Below, piece after piece: positions 44,876 through 54,720 of a stretch of 64,000 bases of DNA; position 1 is the stretch's first letter, and the number at the start of each line of letters is the position of its first letter. Origin of the DNA: Thermomicrobiales bacterium (lineage in GTDB: Bacteria > Chloroflexota > Chloroflexia > Thermomicrobiales > UBA6265); NCBI GenBank assembly GCA_049646645.1, contig JBARWF010000129.1, positions 318 to 64,317 of the forward strand, read 5' to 3'. The notes beneath the pieces are model-generated. The model searched no databases, was not told the DNA's origin, and worked only from the letters and a program-made list of their open reading frames with translations. The translations under genes and the position numbers were made by a program.

Positions 44876-45346
44876 TCAGGCCACTTCCGGCCCAGGCGTG
44901 GTGTCATGCTCTTCCGGGTTGGCAGCGGTTTCCCATGTACCGTGAAGGATCAGCCACAGGCCCGTGCAGGCCCCGACCACCAGGATGAACAGTGATGCAC
45001 CGAAGCCGAACTTCAGGAGCCACTCCGAGCTCATCTGGGGCAAATGAGTGAGCTGATAGGACCAGACATGCGCCACGCGGCGCGGGGAGATATCCTGCAC
45101 CCACGCCTGTTGAAAGGCATTCAGTCGCCACGACCGCGTGGTGATCGATCCGAAGGCGATATAGGCCGCCGATGCGAGCAGCACGACCGCCCACACGGCG
45201 GTACCGGCCGTCGGTCGCGTCGATGGCGAGACGCTCTTTTCGCCCTGCTCGCTCGCGACTCCCGACTGCGGGTCGGGATCGATTGTCTGTTCGGAAACGA
45301 TGTCGGGAGTGGCCATGCGGACGATCCTCCGCTCGATTCGATCCAT
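44876..45346 (-). CDS. hypothetical membrane protein
   Basis: 156-aa ORF with 2-3 hydrophobic helices. Confidence 0.45.
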   Translation of the reverse strand: MDRIERRIVRMATPDIVSEQTIDPDPQSGVASEQGEKSVSPSTRPTAGTAVWAVVLLASAAYIAFGSITTRSWRLNAFQQAWVQDISPRRVAHVWSYQLTHLPQMSSEWLLKFGFGASLFILVVGACTGLWLILHGTWETAANPEEHDTTPGPEVA

Positions 45347-45432
45347 CCGCCGGTAAGCGCGCCCGGCCAGGCACCCGAAGGTGCCCGTGCCGCGCGGAGT
45401 GGCGAGGACACCTTCGGACTATCGGCAACGAA

Positions 45433-46947
45433 CTAGTGGGCGGACTGTGGCACCCGCTTCATCTCGTGGTATTCCTCGTCGGCATTGACCGCATCGAGGT
45501 CGTGATGCTCGCCGAGGATGTTCTTTGCGGCAAGGAGCCCCGTCTCGATCGAGTGGTCCGTGTTGTTATAGCGGAACGATCCACCACGGCCGATGAATTG
45601 CAGGTTCTCGATGCTCTGGATGTACTTCTTCATCTTGGTCAGCGGTTCCATGTACCCGAGGTCGTACGTCGGGTACGCCTTCGTGGCGCGAACCGTGAAC
45701 CCGCCGATCACTTCTTCCGGCGCAACCAGGTTCATATCCTCGACCAGGTGCTTCACGGTCTGGTTGACCAGCTGCTCGTCAGACATGTTCCAGATGTGAT
45801 CGCCCTTGGTGCAGAAGTACTCGACAACGAGCGACGAGAAGTCGTCGTTGGGCACCATCGCCGGGCTCCAGTTCTTCGGCTCATGAAACCGCCCGAACAG
45901 GATGTTCCGGTCGTGCACATAGACCCAGGTATCGGGCGAAATCTGGCGGCGCTTGAACATCAGGTTGACGGTGATGATGTCGCGGAACGTCAGCGAGTTC
46001 GCGGCGGCGATCACGTCGTCCGGAGCGGGCGGGTCGGTGATGCGGCAGAGCACCGTCATCGGGATCGAGGAGATGAAGTTGTCTCCCTCGATCAGCTCCG
46101 AGCCGTTCTCGGTCCGAACCTGCACGCCCTTGACGCGATTGCCTTCGAGCACGATCTTCTCGACCGGCGTCTTGAGGCGAATCTCGTTGCCCTTCTCGAC
46201 GATGGCGTCGGCCATCCGCTCCGAGAAACGGCCGAAGCCGTCACGCGGATACATGAACTCGTCGATCAGGCTGACCACGGCCCCCTTGGACGGCACGATC
46301 GCATCCTTGACGGCGGTCATGAGCGACATGCCCTTGGTGCGCTGGCTCACCCAGTCGGCGCTGAGCCGGTCGCAGGGCATGCCCCACACCTTCTCCGAAT
46401 ACGCCTCGAAGAAGAGCTTGTACAGCGTCTCGCCGTACTGAAGGATGTAGGCATCCTTCATCGTCTTGATCTCGGCGGGGCGAATCTTGTGCTCAGCCTG
46501 GGCCTTGCCATAATCGGCGATGGCCCTGGCCGCCGTCACCGGTCCGACCGCCTTGAGGGCGCTTCCCATCTTCAAGGGATAATCGACCCACTTGCCATCG
46601 AAACTGTAGATGCGGCTGATGCGGTTCACCCACAAGAGCTCGTCCGCGACGACCTCCTGAAACAGCGCATTGAGCTCGTCGTTCTTGGTGAACCAGCGAT
46701 GACCGCCGATGTCGAACTTGAACTCGCCGAACTCAGTGTCGCGGCGAATGGTTCGCGCGAGACCGCCGACGAACGGGGCCGATTCCACGACCAGCGCCGG
46801 CGCACCAGCCTTGCTGAGCACGTAGGCGGAACAGAGACCGGCGGGCCCGGCTCCCATGATCACGGTCTGACCGACATTTGCTGCTGAAGGGCTCATGCCG
46901 TTCGGGTGCTGTCCGTTTTCCGTCAATGAAGGTTCCTTCCTGTCCAA
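45433..46947 (-). CDS. NAD(P)/FAD-dependent oxidoreductase
   Basis: VIMGAGPAGLCSAYVLSKAG...VVESAPFVGGLART and GGHRWF. The start is possibly internal (MSPSAAN). Confidence 0.75.
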   Translation of the reverse strand: MDRKEPSLTENGQHPNGMSPSAANVGQTVIMGAGPAGLCSAYVLSKAGAPALVVESAPFVGGLARTIRRDTEFGEFKFDIGGHRWFTKNDELNALFQEVVADELLWVNRISRIYSFDGKWVDYPLKMGSALKAVGPVTAARAIADYGKAQAEHKIRPAEIKTMKDAYILQYGETLYKLFFEAYSEKVWGMPCDRLSADWVSQRTKGMSLMTAVKDAIVPSKGAVVSLIDEFMYPRDGFGRFSERMADAIVEKGNEIRLKTPVEKIVLEGNRVKGVQVRTENGSELIEGDNFISSIPMTVLCRITDPPAPDDVIAAANSLTFRDIITVNLMFKRRQISPDTWVYVHDRNILFGRFHEPKNWSPAMVPNDDFSSLVVEYFCTKGDHIWNMSDEQLVNQTVKHLVEDMNLVAPEEVIGGFTVRATKAYPTYDLGYMEPLTKMKKYIQSIENLQFIGRGGSFRYNNTDHSIETGLLAAKNILGEHHDLDAVNADEEYHEMKRVPQSAH

Positions 46948-47125
46948 AGGCTACGCCATGGGGTGTGTGGAAAGCAGTGGACCATACCCACGGCATGACG
47001 AAACGCCCCCCTCGCACCGGAGGCGACAAAGCCAGTACTGTATACCATACGGCCCACACGGAGCATCTCCGCCACGCGCGGGCGATTTGCGGCATCGGTG
47101 CAACGACACCCGGTAGCCACGAATC

Positions 47126-47551
47126 TCAATCACGCCAGGTGATCATGTTATTGAGCGCGAAGTTCCAGACAGCAGCGACTCCCGCGCCGACCAGATTGGC
47201 GATCAAGTAGTGAACGCCGAACTCCTGCTTCAGCAGGACGAGGAGCGACAGGTTGATCGCCAGGCCGCCCATGTTGATTGGCAGGTACCGGAGCGCGCGG
47301 GAGATCACCCGTCCCGAGCCGCGGTCCCGCCACGTCCACGCCTCATTCAACATGAAAGTGACCGCCATCGACGCGAGAATCGCGATCGTGGAGGCCACGA
47401 TGATGTTGATCGCCGCATATCCATGAAGAACAGTGAGTCCACCCTGATTGACGGCCAAGCCGATCGCGCCCACGACCACGAATTTCTGGAATCGCTGCGC
47501 GAGCGACCACATCCTGACGGCCGACCGGGGCCATGACTCCACTGAGATCAT
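47126..47551 (-). CDS. GtrA family protein
   Basis: FQKFVVVGAIGLAVNQGGL...FMLNEAWTWRD with a 4-TM GtrA-like layout. Confidence 0.75.
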   Translation of the reverse strand: MISVESWPRSAVRMWSLAQRFQKFVVVGAIGLAVNQGGLTVLHGYAAINIIVASTIAILASMAVTFMLNEAWTWRDRGSGRVISRALRYLPINMGGLAINLSLLVLLKQEFGVHYLIANLVGAGVAAVWNFALNNMITWRD

Positions 47552-47792
47552 TCACTCATCCCTTTTCTGAGATCGACACTGCTGGCTGTCCTGACTTCCA
47601 CTCCATGCTTGCCGTATCCGGATCATTCGGTTCGACCCCGATCATGACACATCGCGTTTCTGAGGCGCCCCAGATCGATATCTGCGGGCTCTGTGTGCTC
47701 ATGACCGTGGCCGGCATCGATTCCTCATACACCTATCGCACAACGGAAGCCACCGCCGCGAATGGCGGCGGTGGCCCCGCTCCATCGCGCGC

Positions 47793-49169
47793 CTAGCGGC
47801 CCGACCCGATCTCCTTCAGCACCGCCTGGAAGCCGGCAGTCAGCTGCTTGTCATCGAGTTTCTTCAGCTGCTCCTCGCTTACCTCTCCGTTCGAAAACGA
47901 CTCGGGAATCGCGTTGAGCACGCCGGGCTCGTTCGTGATGGTCGTATCAGGAGAGACACCCTTCTTGTAGATGTCATGCCCATCAGCCGTCAGCCAGAGC
48001 TCCACGCCCAGCAGCAGCATGGAGCCGTCATCGAAGCGGAAGGGCTGCAGCACCGTCCCTGTACCAAAGGTGGTCTCGCCGATCAGCTCACCGCGCTTGT
48101 TGTCCTGAATCGCCGACGCTACGAATTCCGCAGACGACGCCGAGCCATTGTTGATGAGCACGACAAGAGGCCCCTTTTGCCACTCCCCGTTGCTTCCGAC
48201 GCTCTTCGTGATCTTGACGTTGCCGTCCTTATTCTTCTCCTGAATGAGCGGGCTGTTGTTCGGCAAGAACTGCGATGCAACACCGATCGCCTCGAACACG
48301 AGCCCACCCGGGTTATTGCGCATATCGAGCACGACGCCCTTGGCGCCCTTGCTCTTTGCGTCGCGCAGCGCCTTCTGCAGTTGCTCTGTCGCGCCGCTCG
48401 AGAACTCCGAGAGGTAGATCCACGCCACGTCGTTCGGCATCATCGCCCATGTGACGGCCGGGACCGAGATGCGAGATCGCGTCAGGGTCACCTCATAGGG
48501 CTCAGTCTCACCTGCATGGATGAGGGTGACCTTGACCTTCGTTCCTTCCTCACCACGAAGCAGGTTGCCCGCCTCCGACGGATCCATCCCTTCCAGGGAT
48601 TTGCCGTCAATCTCGGTGATGACGTCGCCCGGCAGGATACCCGCCTCGGCCGCGGGGGACCCCGGGATCGGCGCAATCACCTTCGGGAGGTTGCCCGTCG
48701 TGTCGATCTGGACACCGATCCCGACGAGCTCGCCCTTGGATTGCTGATCGAACGCCTTGGCCTCTTCAGGATCGAGGAACACCGAATGTCCGGTGTCCCC
48801 GAGCGCAGCCACCATTCCAGCCGCAGCGCCGTACACAAGCTGCTCATCGGTGATGTCATCGGAGAGGACGTAGTTCTCGCGAATGGTCTGGTAGGTCTGA
48901 TCCAGGACGTTGAAGTGCTTGAGATCCGTAATCGACGTCGTTTGCTGACCAGCGGACGTCCCGGCGATCAGATAGCGGTCGATGCCCATGCCGGCGCCGA
49001 GAGCCACCACAAGCATCAACGCCGTCATCGCGATCCGCATGTGGGCGCCAGCGAAGAGCCTCAGCCGCGACGGGGTCCGCCGGTTGTCCCGGCTGGTTGA
49101 TTGTTCAGCGTTCTCCATTGTTCCTCCTCTGGAAGCATCGTTGCCAAAACGGTGCCAGCGCATCTTCAC
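47793..49169 (-). CDS. S41 family C-terminal processing peptidase
   Basis: PDZ domain (GIGVQID...PGSPAAEAGILPGDVITEIDG) and an S41 core (DMRNNPGG, NNGSASSAEF). Confidence 0.85.
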   Translation of the reverse strand: MKMRWHRFGNDASRGGTMENAEQSTSRDNRRTPSRLRLFAGAHMRIAMTALMLVVALGAGMGIDRYLIAGTSAGQQTTSITDLKHFNVLDQTYQTIRENYVLSDDITDEQLVYGAAAGMVAALGDTGHSVFLDPEEAKAFDQQSKGELVGIGVQIDTTGNLPKVIAPIPGSPAAEAGILPGDVITEIDGKSLEGMDPSEAGNLLRGEEGTKVKVTLIHAGETEPYEVTLTRSRISVPAVTWAMMPNDVAWIYLSEFSSGATEQLQKALRDAKSKGAKGVVLDMRNNPGGLVFEAIGVASQFLPNNSPLIQEKNKDGNVKITKSVGSNGEWQKGPLVVLINNGSASSAEFVASAIQDNKRGELIGETTFGTGTVLQPFRFDDGSMLLLGVELWLTADGHDIYKKGVSPDTTITNEPGVLNAIPESFSNGEVSEEQLKKLDDKQLTAGFQAVLKEIGSGR

Positions 49170-49282
49170 ACGTCTGACGCAAGCGGACTACCATGAAAAC
49201 GTCCGCGGGCATCCAATTCACGGTCGCGGATACCATTGATGAAACGCGCGAGCCACGCTGACGAAAGGGAACCTGGCCAATC

Positions 49283-50044
49283 ATGACCCTGACAAGACCA
49301 GACGACATCCAGTCTGTCTGCTTTATCCTGAACGACGTCGAGTATCGCACCGAATGCCGTCGCGGCGACATCGTGCATGTGGCGTTCCACGCTGCACTTC
49401 CGAGGGAGTATACGGCAGGCCACCGGCTCACGTTTCAATCCAGGAACGGGGCAGAGATCTTCGCGGACAATTTCGTCGGCGAAATTGCCGACACGTTTGG
49501 CGATGCCACGATCCTGACGACCGCGCTGCCAATCGCAGGCTCATCCGGCCCGTGGAAGACCATCGGTTTCGACCACCTGGCGATTACCATCGCCGACCGC
49601 GACGATGCCCGCGACTTCTTCCGCGATGTCGTCGGCATGCAGGTGATGCGCGACGATGCCCATCTCACCGTGATGGCGACCGGGCCGACCGCGCTCTTCC
49701 TCTTCGATGCCGGCAAGGATGCCCCGCTCTCCACCGGCGCCGCCTCGAGCTGGCATCACATCGGCTTCGTGGTCGATAACCTCGAGCATGCCTACGCTCA
49801 CCTGCAGGAGCATCGCGATCGGCTCAGCAGCGATTTCGCTCTACTCGACCGCGACGAGCGCTGGAGCCTCTATTTCCACTATCGGAACGGGGATGTCACC
49901 TTCATGATCCAGTTCTCGGAGATCAAGAAAGAGGATCGTGGCTTCACGACTCCGGAGCAGCAGGCATTCGCCGGCTATCTCTACGATTATGCGAGCCGCC
50001 CGTACGGTCTCCAATTCAACACGGAGACCGATCCCGGCAACTGA
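49283..50044 (+). CDS. VOC (glyoxalase/dioxygenase) family protein
   Basis: FDHLAITIADRDDARDFFRDVVGMQV...WHHIGFVVDNLEHAY. Confidence 0.65.
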   Translation: MTLTRPDDIQSVCFILNDVEYRTECRRGDIVHVAFHAALPREYTAGHRLTFQSRNGAEIFADNFVGEIADTFGDATILTTALPIAGSSGPWKTIGFDHLAITIADRDDARDFFRDVVGMQVMRDDAHLTVMATGPTALFLFDAGKDAPLSTGAASSWHHIGFVVDNLEHAYAHLQEHRDRLSSDFALLDRDERWSLYFHYRNGDVTFMIQFSEIKKEDRGFTTPEQQAFAGYLYDYASRPYGLQFNTETDPGN

Positions 50045-50098
50045 TGCCGCTTCAATCTTCAAGCGTTGAGGGCTGTCTTTGAGGTCCGCGCTCTTTTT

Positions 50099-50237
50099 CG
50101 TCATTTCGAGCGCAGTCGAGAAATCTCGCACGGGGCGTCTCGACAAGAGATGCTCGCCCCATGCGTCCGGGCCGCAACACCGTTGTGGATTGTGGGGCGC
50201 ATCTCAAAGAGATTTCTCAACAAGCTCGAAATGACGG
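50099..50237. repeat. MITE-like unit: two copies of the dispersed repeat in inverted orientation flanking ~80 bp
   Basis: Left copy CGTCATTTCGAGCGCAGTCGAGAAATCTC (50099-50127). The right copy, reverse complemented, reads CCGTCATTTCGAGCTTGTTGAGAAATCTC (50237-50209). The inner segment contains the hairpin GCACGGGGCG/CGCCCCATGC. Confidence 0.7.
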
Positions 50238-50294
50238 TCAGAGGCTCGGTTTGGAAGATATTCCCGTTCACAGAGACCGCCGAAAGGGCTATGA

Positions 50295-50324
50295 GGGACC
50301 GGCGCAGGATCAAGCGCCGGTCCC
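50295..50324. terminator. strong hairpin between the VOC gene and ilvE (convergent)
   Basis: GGGACCGGCGC-aggatcaa-GCGCCGGTCCC. There is no clear U tract. Confidence 0.45.
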
Positions 50325-50356
50325 TGCGTGTCGCGGCCCCGGAATGAACCGACGGC

Positions 50357-51307
50357 TTACGTGTGAGCTGGCATCGCCACCGGCACCGGGAGCCGCCAGT
50401 GTGCATAGCGGTCCTCGTTGCCGCGCAACACGGCGAGGAAGAGTGCCTCCAGCTCCCGCGTGACCGGGCCCGGCTCCCCCGTGCCGACCTGATACTTGTC
50501 CACGGAAACGAGCGGCGTGATCTCGGCGGCCGTCCCGCAGGTAAACACCTCGTCGGCAATGTAGAGCTCGGTGCGATCGACCGGCCGCTCCTCGATCTCC
50601 AGGCCCATTTCCTCTCGGGCCAGCACGATGAGGGCGTCCCGCGTGACGCTCTCGAGAATGCCGCTGGTGATATCGGGGGTGATCAACTTCCCGTCGCGCA
50701 CCAGCATCACGCAGGCGGCCGGCGCCTCGCTCACCTTGCCCTGGGCATTGAGCATGAGGGCGACATCATAGCCATCCTCACGCACTTCGTACGTGGCGAG
50801 CTGGCCGTTGCGGTAGTTCGAGATATTCTTGACGCGCGGCGGCATCACGTTGTCGGAGATGCGACTCCAGGAACTGACCTTGGCGTGCTGCACGAATCCG
50901 GTTCCGAGATGAGTCGGCATCGGGTTCGTGTTGACGAGCAACTCCCCCTGCAGCTCGTCTGGCGAATTGCGCTTCCCCGCCGCGTTCGCGGTGTAGACCA
51001 GCGGCCGGATGTAGGTATCCTCACGCGCCTCATTGGCCTGCAGCAGGTCGATGATGATGTGCGTCAGCTCGTCCGGGCTCATCTGCAGCGGCATCCGCAC
51101 GATGCGAGTGGACTGCTGGAGTCGCTTCAGGTGTTCCGGCAGGCGGAAGATGAAGAGCTCCTCCCGGTCGGCGTTCCAGTAGGCGCGAATTCCCTCGAAC
51201 ACGGCGCCAACGGCGGACCAGGCGAGATCGGTCACGTGAACGTTGGCCTCCTCCCACCGCATTTGCTCGCCGCGCCACCAGAGATATGCCGGATTTCCCT
51301 GTCCCAT
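50357..51307 (-). CDS. ilvE: branched-chain amino acid aminotransferase (class IV)
   Basis: 316 aa with class IV fold blocks (VFEGIRAY, NYRNGQLA, GILESVTR, CGTAAEITP). Confidence 0.85.
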   Translation of the reverse strand: MGQGNPAYLWWRGEQMRWEEANVHVTDLAWSAVGAVFEGIRAYWNADREELFIFRLPEHLKRLQQSTRIVRMPLQMSPDELTHIIIDLLQANEAREDTYIRPLVYTANAAGKRNSPDELQGELLVNTNPMPTHLGTGFVQHAKVSSWSRISDNVMPPRVKNISNYRNGQLATYEVREDGYDVALMLNAQGKVSEAPAACVMLVRDGKLITPDITSGILESVTRDALIVLAREEMGLEIEERPVDRTELYIADEVFTCGTAAEITPLVSVDKYQVGTGEPGPVTRELEALFLAVLRGNEDRYAHWRLPVPVAMPAHT

Positions 51308-51380
51308 CGCCAGATCCTTTCTCGCCGCGTCAAATCGTTGGCGCAGTATCCCACGCGGACGCGGCGTCCGGGAAGATCAT

Positions 51381-52340
51381 CTAATCCTGGAATTCCACGA
51401 GCGCGAGGGCCGCTGCTCCGTAGATGCCGGTGTCGTGGCCGAGCGATGAGTACGTGACGGTGACGTCCTTCCGAAAGTCGACAAACGAGTGCATCATCAT
51501 GTAGCGCTTGGCCGGCTCGATGAGCAGGTCGCCGATCTCGACCAGCCCCCCGCCAAAGACGATCATGCTCGGATTGAGCAGGTTGGTGAACGCTCCCATC
51601 GCCGCGCCGAGAGCCCGGGACGCCCGAGCCAGGATGAGACTCGCCGCCGGATCGCCCTGGCGGGCGGCATCCGCCACGATTCCCGCGTGCAAGTCCCCGC
51701 CATCGGCGAGCTTCGTCATCGCATCACCGTCAGCCGTTGTCGCGACTGCCATCGCTTCTCGCCGGATCGCCCAGCCGGCGGTGAAGGCTTCCAGGCAACC
51801 GACGCTACCGCACGTGCAACGCGGCCCGTCGAGCGACACGACGAAATGGCCGACCTCCGCGCCGAGACCACGCACGCCATCGACGAGTCGCCCATTGCTG
51901 ACAACGCCACCGCCGACGCCGGTACCGAGCGCGAGGTAGACGAGGTCACTCACTCCCTTGGCGCTTCCGAACTTCATCTCGCCCAGGGTTCCACAGTTGC
52001 CATCGTTCGCCAGCGCGACCCGTCGCCCGGTGAAATCCGTCAGCCATTCCACCAGCGGCACATCCCGCCAACCCGGCAAGTTCGGCGTGTAGAGAACGGT
52101 TCCGGTGCGCGGATTGAGCGGGCCCGGAGACCCGACGCCGACAGGGATATCGGCGGAGAGCCCCGTCTCGTCAGCCAGGCGATTGATCAGCCGCCCCATC
52201 CGCTGAATGACGGCTTTTGGCCCCTCTTCCGTATGGGAGAGCGAATCCAGCCGATGCTCCAACTCGCCGGATTCGGAAACCAGGGCAACCCGTATCCGGG
52301 TGCCGCCCAAATCCACCGCGATGACCTTCCGTTCTGCCAC
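51381..52340 (-). CDS. ROK family glucokinase
   Basis: VIAVDLGGTRIRVA, LANDGNCGTLGE and the CTCGSVGCLE zinc motif. Confidence 0.8.
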   Translation of the reverse strand: MAERKVIAVDLGGTRIRVALVSESGELEHRLDSLSHTEEGPKAVIQRMGRLINRLADETGLSADIPVGVGSPGPLNPRTGTVLYTPNLPGWRDVPLVEWLTDFTGRRVALANDGNCGTLGEMKFGSAKGVSDLVYLALGTGVGGGVVSNGRLVDGVRGLGAEVGHFVVSLDGPRCTCGSVGCLEAFTAGWAIRREAMAVATTADGDAMTKLADGGDLHAGIVADAARQGDPAASLILARASRALGAAMGAFTNLLNPSMIVFGGGLVEIGDLLIEPAKRYMMMHSFVDFRKDVTVTYSSLGHDTGIYGAAALALVEFQD

Positions 52341-52398
52341 GTTCCCCTCCCCAACCCACTCTCGCGGTGACCCACTCCCACCTCACCTGTCGAAGGAC

Positions 52399-53892
52399 TT
52401 ACAGGATGAAATTGCTGAGTTCGTCGTCCTCCGCAACCTCGCCGACACGCTCCAACACGAACTCGCGTCCGATCGCCGCGGTGGTTCCGGCGAGATCCGG
52501 TGCTTCGAACGACAATTCCTCTAGCACCTTTTCGAGAATCGTCTGAAGCCGCCGTGCGCCGATGTCTTCCGTGCGCTGGTTGACCTGGTTCGCCAGTCTC
52601 GCGACCTCGCGCAAACCGTCTTCCTGGAAGGTAAGTGTCAGTTTCTCCGTTGCCAGCAACGCCTCGTATTGCTTGGTGAGCGCGTTCTGCGGCTCGGTCA
52701 GGATCGCAAACAGGTCGTCCTCGGTCAACGACTGCAATTCGACCCGGATCGGGAACCGGCCCTGCAATTCGGGGATCAGGTCCGAGGGACGGTTCTTCGA
52801 AAACGAACCGGCAGCGATGAAGAGCACATGATCCGTGCGCACCGGTCCATAGCGGGTCATCACCGTTGCCCCCTCGACGATCGGCAGCAGGTCGCGCTGC
52901 ACGCCCTCCCCTGAGATATCGGGACCGCTGTCGTTGTCACCCGAGATGATCTTGTCGATCTCGTCAATAAAGACGACAGCCGCATCCTCGACCCGCTTGA
53001 TCGCCTCCTCGACGACCGCATCGAAATCGACCATCCGGGTCGCTTCCTGCTGGGCGAGAATACGCCGGGCCTCGCGGACAGGAACTCGCCGCCGCATGCG
53101 ACGGCGGGGCATCATGCCCTCGAAAAGCTCGAACAATGTGTCCTGGAGCTCATCGGAATCCCCGCTCGTGGAGAATTCCAGCGTCGGCCCCTCGTCGTAG
53201 TCGACGTCCGGGTCGACCTCGATCTCGACAGTCTCGTCCTCCATCGCCTCCTTGTTCAGGAGTTCGAGCAGGCGCTTGCGCTCTCGGCGCCGCCGGCGCT
53301 CTGCCGCCTGCGCCTCTCGTGCCGCCGTTGCTGCCTCGTCCTCCGGGTCGTCGTGAGGCTTTCGGGCGGTGCGTGCCGGACGCTTCTGGAGCGTCTGCTC
53401 GGAGAGGATCTCCGCGAGCCGCTCGACCGCGGCATCGGCGGCCTCATCGCGCACCTGTTCCATGCGCTCACCGTGAAGCATCGAGATCGCGATCTCCACG
53501 AGATCACGGACGATGGATTCAACGTCCCGGCCGACGTAGCCCACCTCCGTGAATTTGGTCGCTTCGACCTTGATGAACGGAGCATCGACGATCCGCGCGA
53601 CCCGGCGGGCGATCTCTGTCTTGCCAACGCCCGTGGAGCCGATCATCAGGATGTTCTTGGGAAAGACCTCTCGCCGCAGCTCTTCGGGAAGCTGCTGGCG
53701 CCGGTAGCGATTTCGCAGCGCCACGGCGACAGCCCGCTTCGCGTCGTGCTGGCCGATGATGTACCGGTCCAGCTCGGCAACGATCTCCTTCGGCGTCATG
53801 CTGTCGGCCGGCCGTTCGACGGCGACACCGTCGCCGGGGCTTCGGGGCGGCATGTCCTTTCCCGATTTCTGCCGTACCGCCTCCCCCATCAT
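52399..53892 (-). CDS. hslU: ATP-dependent protease ATPase subunit HslU
   Basis: MTPKEIVAELDRYIIGQHDAKRAVAVALRNRYRR, GSTGVGKTEIARR and IVFIDEIDKI. ATGA overlap with hslV. Confidence 0.9.
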   Translation of the reverse strand: MMGEAVRQKSGKDMPPRSPGDGVAVERPADSMTPKEIVAELDRYIIGQHDAKRAVAVALRNRYRRQQLPEELRREVFPKNILMIGSTGVGKTEIARRVARIVDAPFIKVEATKFTEVGYVGRDVESIVRDLVEIAISMLHGERMEQVRDEAADAAVERLAEILSEQTLQKRPARTARKPHDDPEDEAATAAREAQAAERRRRRERKRLLELLNKEAMEDETVEIEVDPDVDYDEGPTLEFSTSGDSDELQDTLFELFEGMMPRRRMRRRVPVREARRILAQQEATRMVDFDAVVEEAIKRVEDAAVVFIDEIDKIISGDNDSGPDISGEGVQRDLLPIVEGATVMTRYGPVRTDHVLFIAAGSFSKNRPSDLIPELQGRFPIRVELQSLTEDDLFAILTEPQNALTKQYEALLATEKLTLTFQEDGLREVARLANQVNQRTEDIGARRLQTILEKVLEELSFEAPDLAGTTAAIGREFVLERVGEVAEDDELSNFIL

Positions 53893-54524
53893 GGCTGTCC
53901 CTCTTCGTCATTCATGGTCTCACCGGCACCCGATGCGTCAACCATCACCGGGTCGTCCGCGGTTTCGGCTTCAGCCCGGACAACCTGCACCATGAATCGA
54001 TCGTTCGTGAAGATGCAGATCTCGGCGGTGATAGCCATCGCGGCACGCACGATCTCCTCGGCGCTGAGCTCCGTGTACTGAAGCAGCGCCTTGGCGGCGG
54101 CCGTCGCGTACGGCGCCCCCGAACCGATGGCGAGAACGCCATCGTCAGGTTCGATCACATCGCCCTCGCCGGAGAGCACGAGGATCGATTCGCCATCGGC
54201 GACGATCAGTTGCGCTTCCAGACGCCGCAGGTAGCGATCGCTCCGCCACTCCTTCGTCAGCTCCACCGACGCCCGGCGCAGATCTCCATTCCATTCCTGC
54301 AATTGCGATTCGAACTTCGCGAAGAGCGTCAGCGCATCGGCCACCGCACCCGCAAAGCCCGCCACGATCTGCCCGTCGTAGAGCGTCCGCAGCTTGCGCG
54401 CGCCGTGCTTGAGCACGATGTCGCCCATCGTGACCTGACCGTCACCCGCCAGCGCGATCTCGTTCCCGCGCTTGACGCCGAGAATTGTCGTGGCGTGTGG
54501 CCGCCAGCCGTGTTCATTCGTCAT
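53889..54524 (-). CDS. hslV: ATP-dependent protease subunit HslV
   Basis: TTILGVKRGNEIALAGDGQVT...GFAGAVADALTLF...GSGAPYA. Start at MTNEHGWRPHA, 11 residues before the catalytic Thr. Confidence 0.85.
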   Translation of the reverse strand: MTNEHGWRPHATTILGVKRGNEIALAGDGQVTMGDIVLKHGARKLRTLYDGQIVAGFAGAVADALTLFAKFESQLQEWNGDLRRASVELTKEWRSDRYLRRLEAQLIVADGESILVLSGEGDVIEPDDGVLAIGSGAPYATAAAKALLQYTELSAEEIVRAAMAITAEICIFTNDRFMVQVVRAEAETADDPVMVDASGAGETMNDEEGQP

Positions 54525-54720
54525 GTGTATCGATTCACCGATCCTGATTGGGACGTGCACCGGTCGCGATGGGCGCGGTCACTGTCTGGAGACGGTGATC
54601 TCCGACAAGCAACCTCCGTTGTCGCGCGCTCGGTAGATCGCGTCGGTAGTGTATCGCGAAAGGACCGCGCCCCTGTGAGCGCGGTCCTGTCACGAGCCCT
54701 GATGCCGTTGTTGCAGACGC

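Noticed and set aside
45172-46887. 571-aa ORF antisense to the FAD oxidoreductase gene. Similar long antisense or alternate-frame ORFs occur at 1036-2106, 5589-6863, 16897-18855, 39371-40759, 43039-44670, 43680-44756, 47976-49100, 50363-51457, 55258-56280 and 60940-62055.
   Set aside because: All lie opposite to, or out of frame with, genes that carry clear family signatures. Their products are low-complexity Arg/Gly/Pro/Asp-rich strings.
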